Positions 7,474 through 17,421 are shown, counted from the first letter of the stretch. The stretch is 32,000 nt of DNA from Anaerosolibacter sp. (GCF_029240175.1 NZ_JARBTM010000032.1:29931-61930), one strand, 5' to 3'. Notes: generated from the sequence alone by a model not told the origin. A program made the numbers and translations.

Positions 7474-8343
7474 CTATTTTTTTTGGAAGTAGTCTATCAA
7501 TCGTTCGAGTTCATCATCACTATAATATTCAATCTCTATTTTTCCTTTTTTCTTTCCTTTTACTATACTTACCTTTGTCCCTAATAACATTTTTAATGTT
7601 TCTTCCAAATTAAGCAAACCTATGTCTTTCTGGTCTTTTGAGATTTCTTTTTTCATTTTTCCATCCAATACTTTTGTAACCAAAGCTTCTGTTTCACGAA
7701 CAGACAATCCCCTCTCAACCACTTCTTTACTTAATTTTTGTTGTAAAGAGGCGCTTTCCAATCGCAGAATAGCCCTAGCATGACCACTGGTGATCTGATT
7801 TTCAATAAGCATTTCCTGAATCGTCTCATGTAGATTTAATAATCTCATGGTGTTTGCGATGTGGGGTCTGCTTTTTCCAATAGCTTTCGAAATTTGTTCC
7901 TGGGTTAAATGGTATGTATCCAGTAAGCTTTTAAAAGCAAGGGCTTCTTCAATAGGGTTTAAATTCTCTCTTTGAATGTTTTCAATCAAAGCAATTTCCA
8001 TGCCCTGCTGATCATTCAATTCTTTAATAATACAAGGAATTTCCTTCAGTCCAGCTTCTCTTGCTGCCCTCCATCTTCTCTCTCCAGCCACAATTTCATA
8101 ACCAATATCAACAGCTCTAACAACAATCGGCTGGATGACACCATGGAGCTTTATAGAATCTACCAATGTCTCTAGCTTATCTTTGGCAAAATCTTTTCTA
8201 GGCTGACTACGATTAGGTTTAATATCATGGATACTTATTTTTAAAGCATCACCCTTCTTTGCTTCGATAACAGCAGGCTCAATCTTTCGCTCTGGGATCA
8301 ATGCATTTAAGCCTTTTCCAAGGCCACCTTTCATCTTGGTCAA
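7474..8343 (-). CDS. parB: chromosome partitioning protein ParB/Spo0J
   Basis: GLGKGLNALI start, ParB box GERRWRAA, HTH region LTQEQISKAIGKSRPHIANTMRLL, and position directly downstream of soj. Alternative ATG start at 8334. Confidence 0.9.
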   Translation of the reverse strand: MTKMKGGLGKGLNALIPERKIEPAVIEAKKGDALKISIHDIKPNRSQPRKDFAKDKLETLVDSIKLHGVIQPIVVRAVDIGYEIVAGERRWRAAREAGLKEIPCIIKELNDQQGMEIALIENIQRENLNPIEEALAFKSLLDTYHLTQEQISKAIGKSRPHIANTMRLLNLHETIQEMLIENQITSGHARAILRLESASLQQKLSKEVVERGLSVRETEALVTKVLDGKMKKEISKDQKDIGLLNLEETLKMLLGTKVSIVKGKKKGKIEIEYYSDDELERLIDYFQKK

Positions 8344-9117
8344 TTAGATCACATCCTCTTCTAGGTCTAAAAATTCTTCAGCTAGTTCACTGTACGCCTC
8401 TGCCCCCTTGGATTTTGCATCATATTCGATAATAGACAAACCATAACTAGGTGCCTCTGCCAATCTTACATTCCTCGGTATAAGGGTTGTATATACTTTG
8501 CCTTTAAAATACTTCTTAACCTCATCTACAACCTGTATAGAAAGGTTTGTCCTTCCATCGAACATACTCAGTACTACCCCTTGAATATCTAGGCTTGGAT
8601 TTAGGTTTTTTCTTACCAATTCAATCGTATTCATTAATTGACTTACGCCTTCTAAAGCATAATATTCACATTGTATAGGTATAAGCACGCTGTCTACAGC
8701 TGTCAAGGAGTTAATCGTCAAAAGCCCTAGTGATGGCGGACAATCCACAAAAATATAATCAAAGGTATCTCTTACTTCTTGTATTGCCTGCTTCAAACGC
8801 ATTTCTCTACTATCTAAATCCGTCAACTCGATTTCCGCCCCTGCAAGTTGGACGCTGGAGGGAACGATGGAAAGATTTTCTCGATTGGTTTCATAAATAC
8901 ATTGGTGTATATCTGCGTTTCCAATAATTAAATCATACATGGATGTAGGAAGATTACTTTTATCAATTCCCAGTCCACTGGTTGAATTGCCTTGAGGATC
9001 TATATCGATAACCAGAATTTTTTTTCCTTTCGCTGCGAGGCAAGCACTCAGATTGACATTGGTCGTCGTCTTCCCTACCCCGCCTTTTTGATTAAAAATA
9101 GCAATTACTTTTCCCAC
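8344..9117 (-). CDS. soj: chromosome partitioning ATPase ParA/Soj
   Basis: Deviant Walker A, KGGVGKTT. GTG at 9117 is preceded by GGAGGTG with a 6-nt spacer. The track's TTG start at 9132 sits on top of that RBS. Confidence 0.9.
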   Translation of the reverse strand: MGKVIAIFNQKGGVGKTTTNVNLSACLAAKGKKILVIDIDPQGNSTSGLGIDKSNLPTSMYDLIIGNADIHQCIYETNRENLSIVPSSVQLAGAEIELTDLDSREMRLKQAIQEVRDTFDYIFVDCPPSLGLLTINSLTAVDSVLIPIQCEYYALEGVSQLMNTIELVRKNLNPSLDIQGVVLSMFDGRTNLSIQVVDEVKKYFKGKVYTTLIPRNVRLAEAPSYGLSIIEYDAKSKGAEAYSELAEEFLDLEEDVI

Positions 9118-9397
9118 CAAAATCACCTCCAATTAATTTTTATCATATAAATACATTTCGTTAAAACATTTTCTATTCCTTCTTCGTTGAAAAGGAAAAA
9201 TAAAAATCTACTAAGAAAAAAAAGGAAATTTATACTTTCATAATAGATTCGTTTCTTAATATCTATTAATAGTAAGGGATTATGATGAATATACTATAAA
9301 AGTATGGCACTTGGTCCAGCGCATTCTCTTTACTTTTTATGAATCAAAGATGGGAAATCATAGGATATTTTCACCAAATTATAAGGGGGATCTATAG

Positions 9398-9667
9398 ATG
9401 TGGAAAATTATTATTAGTGCTTTTTGGATGGTCTTTTTAGCAGAGTTGGGAGATAAGACACAACTTCAAACAATGCTTTTAGCTACCCAATCAAAGTCTG
9501 TTTTAGGTGTTTTCATTGGTGCTGCCTCCGCTTTAGTTTTAAGTGCACTAATTGGCGTTTTCGCAGGTACATATATTACAAAATACATTCCACCCCATTA
9601 TTTGCAAATGAGTGCAGGTGTAGCTTTTATCGTTATTGGTGTCCTGACCCTATCAGGAAAAATATAG
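9398..9667 (+). CDS. TMEM165/GDT1 (UPF0016) family single-domain membrane protein, putative Mn2+/Ca2+ transporter subunit
   Basis: Signature ELGDKTQ in the first of three predicted TM helices. 89 aa, which is half the size of two-domain family members. AAGGGGG lies 8 nt upstream of the ATG. Confidence 0.75.
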   Translation: MWKIIISAFWMVFLAELGDKTQLQTMLLATQSKSVLGVFIGAASALVLSALIGVFAGTYITKYIPPHYLQMSAGVAFIVIGVLTLSGKI

Positions 9668-9813
9668 CACTTTACTCCGGTAAAGTCTGCCCTATAATCG
9701 CCTTTTAAGGCGTTTTAACCTTCGTTTGAACCTTTCCCATTACCAGCCTTTTTTTATCTTGTTAAATCAAATTTATGAAGGTCGTTTTTTTCTAAAAACT
9801 CATCTTAAAATAG

Positions 9814-9850
9814 AAAAATAAAAAGGTTATAGATACCCTATCTATAACCT
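9814..9850 (-). terminator. rho-independent terminator of noc-like gene
   Basis: On the minus strand, a perfect 12-bp stem (aggttatagata ggg tatctataacct) is followed by tttttattttt, 17 nt after the stop. Confidence 0.65.
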
Positions 9851-9867
9851 AATCTTCATATTTTCAT

Positions 9868-10686
9868 TTATCGTGTTTTAGGAATTTTTACAACAACTTC
9901 AATGTGGTCTCCTTTGTCTAACTGTTTATACTCCGCATCCAGTCCTGTCTGTTTGATCGCATTAAAGGCATTTTTTAATGTATTTAGGTAAATTTTAAAA
10001 TTAAAGGCGCTTTTGATGTTCTGTCTTTTTTCAGGATCTTTTGGTTTTGACAGCTCTTCTAAAATATCTGCTATCATTTTTTCAGTTTTCTTTACTGTCA
10101 GATCCTTCTTAACAACTTCCTCCAACACCTTTAGCTGAAGTTTTTCATCTGGCAGCTTCAATAAAGCCCTGGCATGCCGCTCGGTCAAACCAAACTCCAT
10201 GAGCTTTTCTTTTATATCTTTAGATAATTTTAAAATTCGGAGCTTATTCGCGATAGTAGATTGATTTTTTCCCACCTTTTCTGCAATATCCTGTTGGGTG
10301 AAATGATGATCTAGGATCAGATGATTGTATCCTTCTGCTTCCTCAATAAAATTCAAGTCTTCACGCTGCAGATTCTCTATAAGTGCCAATACAGAAGAAT
10401 CTTGATCTGTCATTTCAGACACGATAACAGGAATTTTCTCTAATTGGGCAAGCTTTGCTGCTCTTAATCTCCGCTCGCCTGCCACCAACTCGTAATGATC
10501 CGGTCCCATCTTTCTCACGCTAATAGGCTGCAAAATACCATAAACTTTAATGGATGCACTCAATTCTTCCAAACTAGTCTTCGTAAATACTTTTCTTGGC
10601 TGATACGGATTTGGCCTTATTAGATCTATTGGAACCTGTAACACTGTATTATTTTGCTCTAACACCATATTCCATCTTCCCCTCAT
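9868..10686 (-). CDS. noc: ParB-family paralogue in the Noc (nucleoid occlusion) position
   Basis: PNPYQPRKVF, GERRLRAAK and an HTH region (FTQQDIAEKVGKNQSTIANKLRIL). It sits directly downstream of rsmG, as noc does in Bacillus. AGGAG lies 7 nt upstream of the ATG. Noc cannot be distinguished from a second ParB by eye. Confidence 0.7.
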   Translation of the reverse strand: MRGRWNMVLEQNNTVLQVPIDLIRPNPYQPRKVFTKTSLEELSASIKVYGILQPISVRKMGPDHYELVAGERRLRAAKLAQLEKIPVIVSEMTDQDSSVLALIENLQREDLNFIEEAEGYNHLILDHHFTQQDIAEKVGKNQSTIANKLRILKLSKDIKEKLMEFGLTERHARALLKLPDEKLQLKVLEEVVKKDLTVKKTEKMIADILEELSKPKDPEKRQNIKSAFNFKIYLNTLKNAFNAIKQTGLDAEYKQLDKGDHIEVVVKIPKTR

Positions 10687-10832
10687 ACAAAAGCTCCTAA
10701 TTTATACACTATGTAAGAAATTGAAGTTCATATTTTCCGACATATTAAACAATTCGTCAAAAACACCTTACTTCCTTCCTTTTCAGAGAAAATTAATCTA
10801 TATTTCGCTCAACAAATTCAACTAGAAAACGA

Positions 10833-11561
10833 CTAAATCAATGGGTTTTTTGACGGTGTTCCAGCTTTTCTAGGGAATTTTGTCGGCGTATTTCTTACTT
10901 TCTCTATAATAACAATATTATGGGTGATCTCACTGAAGGGCAATGATATGTCCTTTCGATCTACAATTCTACCCCCAAGGATTTCGATTGCCTTTTTCCC
11001 CCGCTCTATCTCCTCATGAATGCTAGGTCCTTTTTGACATATAAAATATCCGCCAACCCTGACAAAAGGTAGGCAATATTCACTCAAAACGTTTAGTTCA
11101 GCAACTGCCCTTGCCACAGCAATATCATATTTTTCTCGATGCTGTTTATTTGCACCAACGTCTTCAGCACGGCCATGGACAAACTGAACATCCTTTACTT
11201 CTATGTCTTCACAAACGGTCTTAAGAAAATTAATTCGTTTATTTAAAGAATCTAGCAATGTCAAAGACAACTTTGGAAAATAAATTTTTAAAGGTATTCC
11301 TGGAAAGCCTGCACCCGTTCCAACGTCAATAATTTTTGCATCTTCTTTAATCTGCTTCACCGTCGCGCAGGACAAAGCATCAAGAAAGTGCTTGATCATC
11401 ACTTCTTTTTCATCGGTGATAGCAGTTAAGTTCATCTTTTCGTTCCATTCCAAAAGCAGATCCTTATATTTGATTAACTGTTCTGTCTGTTTTTCAGACA
11501 AAGTTAAACCCAATTTTCCTGCACCTTCTGTTAAGATATCTAGATTATTCATCACCTTCAC
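10833..11561 (-). CDS. rsmG: 16S rRNA (guanine527-N7)-methyltransferase RsmG
   Basis: SAM motif [17 protein letters not shown] and conserved position after mnmG. The start is GTG 11561 or ATG 11552; either overlaps the mnmG stop. Confidence 0.9.
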   Translation of the reverse strand: MKVMNNLDILTEGAGKLGLTLSEKQTEQLIKYKDLLLEWNEKMNLTAITDEKEVMIKHFLDALSCATVKQIKEDAKIIDVGTGAGFPGIPLKIYFPKLSLTLLDSLNKRINFLKTVCEDIEVKDVQFVHGRAEDVGANKQHREKYDIAVARAVAELNVLSEYCLPFVRVGGYFICQKGPSIHEEIERGKKAIEILGGRIVDRKDISLPFSEITHNIVIIEKVRNTPTKFPRKAGTPSKNPLI

Positions 11562-13440
11562 TTCTCCTTCTACGCTGCTGTTCCAAATATACCAGTAAAA
11601 CAGAAATATCTGCTGGAGAAACCCCGGAGATTCTTGAAGCTTGTCCCACAGAAAGAGGCTTTACTGCATTAAGCTTTTGTCTAGCTTCTAATCGTAATCC
11701 CTCTATGGCAGTGTAATCAATCTCTAGGTGCAGCTTTTTGCCTTCTAGCTTTTTAAACTGCTCAATTTGCTTTAATTGTTTGTCTATGTAGCCCTCATAC
11801 TTAATTTGAACTTCACACTGCATGATAACATCTTTCGGCAGTGTGCGTCTTTCCTTATCTAACTCTCGAAGATTCTCATAGGTCAACTCAGGTCTTTTTA
11901 ATAAATCATAGAGAGATATACCACTGCGAATTTCAGCACTATTCATCCTATGTAAAAATTCATTGCCCACAGCTGGCGTAATCATGGTATTTCTCAATCG
12001 CTCAACTTCAACTGCGATCTGCTGACTTTTTCTTAAGAACCGGTCGTAGCGATCCTCTTTAACCAACCCAATTTTGCGCCCTTTCTCTGTTAGTCTAAGA
12101 TCCGCATTGTCTTGTCTTAATACCAAACGATACTCAGCCCTCGAAGTCATCATACGATAGGGTTCACTGGTTCCCTTTGTGACCAAATCATCAATGAGCA
12201 CACCAATATATGCCTCAGAGCGATCTAATATAAAAGGATCCTTTCCCTGAATTTTAAGGGCAGCATTAATCCCAGCAATCAGCCCTTGGGCTGCAGCTTC
12301 TTCATAGCCAGACGTTCCATTAAACTGTCCAGAGGAATATAGGGAATCAATATCCTTACACTCTAGGGTAAGTTTTAACTGCTGAGGGTCTATACAATCA
12401 TATTCAATGGCATAGGCAGGCCGCATAATCTTTACATCTTCAAGTCCTGGAATCGTCTTTAAAAATTTAAGCTGCACATCCTCCGGCAAGCTGGTAGACA
12501 TTCCCTGGACATACATCTCATGGGTGTCTAACCCCTCTGGCTCAATGAATAACTGGTGTCTTTCTTTATCAGCGAAGCGCACAACCTTATCTTCGATGGA
12601 AGGACAATATCTAGGCCCTGTCCCTTCAATTTCTCCGCTATACATGGCTGAGCGATGTAGATTATCCATAATCACTAGATGGGTTTCTTTGTTGGTATAT
12701 GTAAGCCAACAAGGTACTTGCTCCTTCTCCAATGAATCATTCATAAAGGAGAAAGGAATGATTTCTTGATCTCCTGGCTGTATCTCCATCCTTGAAAAAT
12801 TCAATGTTTTTTCATCGACTCGTGCAGGAGTACCTGTCTTAAAGCGACGCATTTTCAATCCTAATTCTTTCAAGTTTTTAGTGAGCTCCTTTGATGATGC
12901 CAGACCATTAGGACCGCTCTCGTAATTCACACCACCAATAAATATTTTTCCTCCAAGATAAGTTCCTGTAGCCATAACCACAGCCTGGCAGTGGTAAATG
13001 CCACCTGTACGCAAAACAACACCTTGTACTTTATTATTTTCTACGAGAATCTCAACAACTTCCCCCTGCTTGAGGTCAAGATTCTCTTGATTTTCCAATA
13101 CCTTTTTCATGGCAACATGATACAAAACCTTATCTGCCTGAGCCCTTGACGAATGGACAGCGGGGCCTTTAGCCGTATTGAGCATACGGCTTTGAATAAA
13201 GGCTTTATCAATGTTTAAACCCATTTCTCCACCCAATGCATCTATTTCCTTTACCAAATGCCCCTTACCCGTACCTCCGATGGCAGGGTTACAAGGCATC
13301 ATGGCAACGGACTCTAAATTTATACTCAATATTAATGTCTTACAATTCATTCTTGCAGCAGCCAAAGCTGCTTCGCATCCAGAATGGCCAGCACCAATTA
13401 CAACCACATCATAAGTGCCCGCTACAAATCGATCTAGCAT
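11545..13440 (-). CDS. mnmG: tRNA uridine-5-carboxymethylaminomethyl synthesis enzyme MnmG (GidA)
   Basis: [26 protein letters not shown] motif, 631 aa, with conserved GidA regions throughout. GGAGGAAGGG RBS. Confidence 0.95.
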   Translation of the reverse strand: MLDRFVAGTYDVVVIGAGHSGCEAALAAARMNCKTLILSINLESVAMMPCNPAIGGTGKGHLVKEIDALGGEMGLNIDKAFIQSRMLNTAKGPAVHSSRAQADKVLYHVAMKKVLENQENLDLKQGEVVEILVENNKVQGVVLRTGGIYHCQAVVMATGTYLGGKIFIGGVNYESGPNGLASSKELTKNLKELGLKMRRFKTGTPARVDEKTLNFSRMEIQPGDQEIIPFSFMNDSLEKEQVPCWLTYTNKETHLVIMDNLHRSAMYSGEIEGTGPRYCPSIEDKVVRFADKERHQLFIEPEGLDTHEMYVQGMSTSLPEDVQLKFLKTIPGLEDVKIMRPAYAIEYDCIDPQQLKLTLECKDIDSLYSSGQFNGTSGYEEAAAQGLIAGINAALKIQGKDPFILDRSEAYIGVLIDDLVTKGTSEPYRMMTSRAEYRLVLRQDNADLRLTEKGRKIGLVKEDRYDRFLRKSQQIAVEVERLRNTMITPAVGNEFLHRMNSAEIRSGISLYDLLKRPELTYENLRELDKERRTLPKDVIMQCEVQIKYEGYIDKQLKQIEQFKKLEGKKLHLEIDYTAIEGLRLEARQKLNAVKPLSVGQASRISGVSPADISVLLVYLEQQRRRRSEGDE

Positions 13441-13457
13441 CTACCCTTCCTCCTTTT

Positions 13458-13645
13458 TACGCGGTGCGCGTTGTTCGGTACACGGTGTCACGGATTCTGA
13501 ATTAACTATAATACAATTCTTTTTGCCAGGGTGTAATATACCACAAATCGCATTTTAAGAAATTCATATGGACAAGAACATGTTGTCATAGATCAAAGAT
13601 CGTATCCATGACAGGTTCTCCTTGCGTGACACCGTGCACCGCGTA
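13458..13645. repeat. MITE-like element bounded by GC-rich interrupted inverted repeats
   Basis: The left arm is tacgcggtg (13458-13466) plus cacggtgtcacg (13481-13492). It is the reverse complement of the contiguous right arm cgtgacaccgtgcaccgcgta (13625-13645). The element fills most of an unusually long 218-bp mnmE-mnmG spacer. Confidence 0.4.
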
Positions 13646-13658
13646 CCGTTACTTGATT

Positions 13659-15041
13659 CTATTTCCCTAAACAGAAATTTGCAAATATCCTATCGATGAT
13701 ATCTTCACCGACGGTATCTCCAGTAATCTCTCCCAGGTACTCCCAACAGTCCCTTACATCTACCTCGACAAAGTCCAATGGCATATTGGTTTGAATGGCT
13801 TTCACAGCGTCCTCCATGCTCCTCTTTGCCCTTTCTAAAGCATTTTGATGGCGTACATTGGTAACTAAGGATAGTTCCTTATGCTTTACCTGACCGCCAT
13901 AAACCATCTGGGCAATGGTGTCTTCTATTTCCTTTAATCCTATACCTTCCGTTACAGAAATTCTTATTACCTTCTTACCCGGCAGCATTTCCTGTAATTC
14001 TCCTTCATTCACTACCATGGGCAGATCTGTTTTATTCAAAAGGATAATCGCATCCCTATCGTTAACCAGTTGAATAATCTGGCGGTCTTCTTCTGTTAGA
14101 GACTCCGATGCATTCAGCACAAATATGATGAGATCGGCCTTATTAAAGAATTCCTTACTTCTCGCTACCCCTATTTTCTCCACAAGATCTTCGGTTTCTC
14201 GAATACCTGCAGTATCCACAATTTTCAAAGGTATTCCCTGGATACTCACATACTCTTCGATGACATCCCTGGTTGTTCCAGGTATCTCAGTGACAATAGC
14301 CCTAGATTCCTTAAGTAATGCATTCATCAATGAAGATTTGCCTACATTGGGTTTTCCGATAATAACAGTTTTTAAGCCTTCTCTAATAATTTTTCCCGAA
14401 TGGGCTGTAGACAGAAGTGTGTCTATGATGTCAACGATTTTTTTCGCTTGTTTTTCCAATCCATCATATGTAATCTCCTCAATATCCTCATCAGGAAAAT
14501 CAATATTTACCGTAATATGGGCGATCATTTCTAAAATATTGGCTCGAATCTTATGTACTTCCTTTGATAAAGAACCTTCTAGCTGTCCCAGAGCAATATC
14601 AAAGCCCTTCTCTGTTTTTGCACTGATTACATCCATCACAGCCTCCGCCTGGGCCAAATCTATTCTTCCATTGAGGAACGCTCTTTTTGTAAACTCTCCT
14701 GGTTCAGCCATCCTTGCCCCCATGGACAACACGAGGCTTAATATTCTTCGTACAGGAACGATACCGCCATGGCAATCAATTTCCGCCACATCTTCGGCCG
14801 TATAGGTATGAGGACCCTTCATATAAACAACCAAAGCTTCATCAATTTTGTCCTGGGTATGAGGGTGGACGATATATCCGTGGGTTAATCTTCTACTAGG
14901 AAACTCCTTTATGCTTTTTCCCTTACTGGGAACAAAAACCTGGTCTAAAATTTCCACTGCCATAGGTCCGCTCAAACGAACAATCCCGATTCCTGCTTCC
15001 CCTGGAGCTGTAGCAATGGCTGCAATTGTATCATCGATCAT
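13659..15041 (-). CDS. mnmE: tRNA modification GTPase MnmE (TrmE)
   Basis: N-terminal DTIAAIATAPGEAGIGIVRLSG, G1 motif GKPNVGKSS, DTAGIR, NKTD, and C-terminal FCLGK. Confidence 0.95.
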   Translation of the reverse strand: MIDDTIAAIATAPGEAGIGIVRLSGPMAVEILDQVFVPSKGKSIKEFPSRRLTHGYIVHPHTQDKIDEALVVYMKGPHTYTAEDVAEIDCHGGIVPVRRILSLVLSMGARMAEPGEFTKRAFLNGRIDLAQAEAVMDVISAKTEKGFDIALGQLEGSLSKEVHKIRANILEMIAHITVNIDFPDEDIEEITYDGLEKQAKKIVDIIDTLLSTAHSGKIIREGLKTVIIGKPNVGKSSLMNALLKESRAIVTEIPGTTRDVIEEYVSIQGIPLKIVDTAGIRETEDLVEKIGVARSKEFFNKADLIIFVLNASESLTEEDRQIIQLVNDRDAIILLNKTDLPMVVNEGELQEMLPGKKVIRISVTEGIGLKEIEDTIAQMVYGGQVKHKELSLVTNVRHQNALERAKRSMEDAVKAIQTNMPLDFVEVDVRDCWEYLGEITGDTVGEDIIDRIFANFCLGK

Positions 15042-15174
15042 CTTTTCACCTCATTTTTATCAAAAAACGCTATAAACTTACCATTAGTACTGTTCAATAT
15101 TATATATTATACCAATAATCTGTCAAACCATTACAATATCAAATAACAAACTAAATCTAACCTTTAACATTAAC

Positions 15175-15200
15175 AAAACCCAGTATACTTACTGGGTTTT
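15175..15200 (-). terminator. terminator downstream of jag
   Basis: aaaacccagta tact tactgggtttt forms an 11-bp stem including A/T flanks. It works in either direction. Confidence 0.55.
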
Positions 15201-15251
15201 GTAGTATCATCATTATACCTGTTTTTATCGATAAATCGAATCTATTTCCTG

Positions 15252-15869
15252 TTATTTTGTAGTGATAATTACCTTACGATAAGGTTCTTCTCCATGACTT
15301 CTTGTTTCTACATGGGGATGATTTTGTAGGGCAGAGTGGATAATTCTTCTTTCATAAGGATTCATCGGTTCTAATATGATATCTTTACGAGAGCTTCTAA
15401 CTTTTTGTGCCAATCTATTGGCCAGCCGAATAAGGGTCTGCTCTCTCTTTCTGCGATAATCCTCTGTATCCAAGACAACCCGAAGGTAATTCTCTCGATC
15501 CTTATTTACAACCAAGCTAACAAGATACTGTAAAGAATCCAACGTTTGCCCTCTACGGCCAATTAATATACCCATATCTTTTCCGAATACATCTACATAT
15601 AAAGTCTCGCCCTTAAGCTTCGTTTTGTATTGTGCTTCCAACCCCATAGTCTTTAGAACATCCTTTAGAAATACTAAAGCATCTTCTTGAGGATTATCAA
15701 TCACAGTAACCTTTACTTTTGCTTGTTTTGTACCAATTAGGCCAAAGATACCCTTACTGGGTGCTTCAAGCACCTCAACCTCTACCTTATCCTGGCTAAC
15801 TTTTAATTCCTCCAATGCAATCTTTACAGCTTCCTCTACGGTTTTTGCAGTCTTTTCAGTAAATCTCAT
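15252..15869 (-). CDS. jag: RNA-binding protein Jag/KhpB (Jag_N, KH, R3H domains)
   Basis: KH-like GILIGRRGQTLDSLQYL and R3H-like LEPMNPYERRIIH. Located immediately downstream of yidC. Confidence 0.85.
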   Translation of the reverse strand: MRFTEKTAKTVEEAVKIALEELKVSQDKVEVEVLEAPSKGIFGLIGTKQAKVKVTVIDNPQEDALVFLKDVLKTMGLEAQYKTKLKGETLYVDVFGKDMGILIGRRGQTLDSLQYLVSLVVNKDRENYLRVVLDTEDYRRKREQTLIRLANRLAQKVRSSRKDIILEPMNPYERRIIHSALQNHPHVETRSHGEEPYRKVIITTK

Positions 15870-15870
15870 A

Positions 15871-16530
15871 CTAATTTGACTCCTCCTTAGGCGTTCCCAC
15901 TGTTCCAGCTTTAGGTAAAAGATATTGTTGTACCATTTGGAATATATTACTTACTACCCAATACAACGTTAATCCTGCTGGGAAACTTCTTCCCCACCAT
16001 AAAATCATTACAGGGAATACCATATTCATGGTTTTCATTGTTTGATTCTGTGCAGCACCTGTACTAGCAGAGTTCATAGAGAAATAAGTTGTAATACCTG
16101 CCAAAACAGGTAATATAATCAGGTCTGGCTGGCTCAAATTTGGAATCCATAAAAATGCTTCATTCACAGCCTGTACAAAATTTGGATCAGTAATATACTT
16201 AATCGGCTCCCGTAACACAGCAAAAAGACCAAAAATAATCGGCATCTGAATCAAAAGGGGTAAGCAACCACCCACTGGGTTTACTTTATATTGTTGATAT
16301 AGCTCTACGGTTTTTGCATTCAGCTTTTCCTTATCGTTTTTATACTTTTCCTGTAATTCCTTTAACTTCGGTTGTAATTCGGACATTTGCTTTGTTGATT
16401 TTAACTGCTGAATTGTTAATGGCAGCAGAATAAGCTTCACAATGATCGTGAATGCAATAATCGTAATTCCGTAGTTTCCAATAAGACCATATAAGAAATT
16501 TAAGAGCATTCCTAACGGTTTCGCGATCAA
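15871..16530 (-). CDS. yidC: membrane protein insertase YidC/OxaA (short Firmicute type)
   Basis: ITIIAFTIIVKLILLPLTIQQLKS, NPVGGCLPLLIQMPI and GLTLYWVVSN are conserved YidC core motifs. TTG start with GGGGGT 7 nt upstream. Confidence 0.9.
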   Translation of the reverse strand: MIAKPLGMLLNFLYGLIGNYGITIIAFTIIVKLILLPLTIQQLKSTKQMSELQPKLKELQEKYKNDKEKLNAKTVELYQQYKVNPVGGCLPLLIQMPIIFGLFAVLREPIKYITDPNFVQAVNEAFLWIPNLSQPDLIILPVLAGITTYFSMNSASTGAAQNQTMKTMNMVFPVMILWWGRSFPAGLTLYWVVSNIFQMVQQYLLPKAGTVGTPKEESN

Positions 16531-16550
16531 ATCTTTTACCCCCTATCTTT

Positions 16551-16769
16551 CTACTTTAAAGGATCATGCCCTCCAGGATGAAAAGGATGGCATTTAAGGA
16601 TCCTTTTTATACTCAGAATTGTCCCTTTTATTGCCCCATACTTTGAGAGGGCATCCAATGCATACTGAGAACATGTTGGATAAAATCTACAGGACGGCTG
16701 TTTAAGAGGAGAAATATATTTTCTATATATTTTCACCATCCATATCAATATATCCTTCAATGATTTCAC
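16551..16769 (-). CDS. yidD: membrane protein insertion efficiency factor YidD
   Basis: [23 protein letters not shown]...[10 protein letters not shown], a canonical YidD. GTG start abuts the rnpA stop. Confidence 0.9.
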   Translation of the reverse strand: MKSLKDILIWMVKIYRKYISPLKQPSCRFYPTCSQYALDALSKYGAIKGTILSIKRILKCHPFHPGGHDPLK

Positions 16770-17105
16770 CTATTTCAATAGTTTTGATTTTCTTAGTAAA
16801 TGAACCATGGCCTTCTCTACGTCACTATAGGACGCTTCCTTTATATTAACCCTAGCGATAAATACCAAATCATATCCTTTCGCAGCCGCAGGTCCCACAG
16901 ATCGAAAACTTTCCTTCATTAACCGCTTAACACGATTTCTAACGACACTCTTTCCTACCTTTTTGCTCACCGAAAAACCCACGCGATTGAAATCTTCTCC
17001 ATTTTTCATCATGAAAAGAACCAATAGCCTATTTGCCATAGAATTTCCTTTATCATATACCTTTTTAAATTCCATGTTTTTTTTCAGTCGCAGCGTTTGC
17101 TCCAT
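16770..17105 (-). CDS. rnpA: ribonuclease P protein component
   Basis: 111 aa, basic. Contains RVGFSVSKKVGKSVVRNRVKRLMKE (RNR motif region). Located downstream of rpmH. Confidence 0.9.
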   Translation of the reverse strand: MEQTLRLKKNMEFKKVYDKGNSMANRLLVLFMMKNGEDFNRVGFSVSKKVGKSVVRNRVKRLMKESFRSVGPAAAKGYDLVFIARVNIKEASYSDVEKAMVHLLRKSKLLK

Positions 17106-17274
17106 GGTTTTTCCTTCCTTTTAATGAAAGCCTTCCGTCTTATGCACTTTTCATTATGTCATTTATTTCTTAGTATGCACAATATTTCCTATGTAATATG
17201 AATTTTTTTCAAATTCTCTTCCATAAATTTATGCACTTCACAATTTTCCAACTATATCTATAGTTATAGAAAAA

Positions 17275-17291
17275 GGCCACGTTATGCGGCC
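17275..17291 (-). terminator. possible attenuator hairpin between rpmH and rnpA
   Basis: On the minus strand, ggccgc ataac gtggcc (6 bp including one G-U) is followed by ttttt, directly after the rpmH stop. Confidence 0.4.
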
Positions 17292-17292
17292 C

Positions 17293-17421
17293 TTAAGCAG
17301 TCAGACTTTTTCTGCCTTTTAATCTACGTCTTTTTAAAACGTTTCTACCAGACTTCGTTTTCATTCTTTTTCTAAAACCATGCTCTTTCTTTCTTTGTCT
17401 CTTCTTTGGCTGATATGTCAT
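17293..17421 (-). CDS. rpmH: 50S ribosomal protein L34
   Basis: Below the ORF-track length cutoff. The reverse complement translates to [42 protein letters not shown], a typical L34. GAAGGGGGTG lies upstream. Confidence 0.9.
   Translation of the reverse strand: MTYQPKKRQRKKEHGFRKRMKTKSGRNVLKRRRLKGRKSLTA

Noticed and set aside
7690-7705. parS-like half-site tgtttcacgaacagac inside parB
   Set aside because: Only the left half matches, about 10 of 16 positions. It is not palindromic and is probably coding-sequence coincidence.
9133-9397. Possible yybP-ykoY manganese riboswitch upstream of the UPF0016 gene
   Set aside because: The conserved GGGGAGUAG and UUGACAUA...GCAAGACC cores are absent. 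Only a vague hairpin resemblance (atact ataaa agtat) was seen. A covariance-model search would be needed to settle it.
14125-14805. Long antisense ORFs inside conserved genes (226 aa opposite mnmE; also 23930..24424 opposite gyrB, 664..924, 2700..2948, 25325..25633 and others)
   Set aside because: These are shadow ORFs with low-complexity, serine/proline/leucine-rich translations and no RBS. Each is fully embedded in a confidently identified gene on the other strand.
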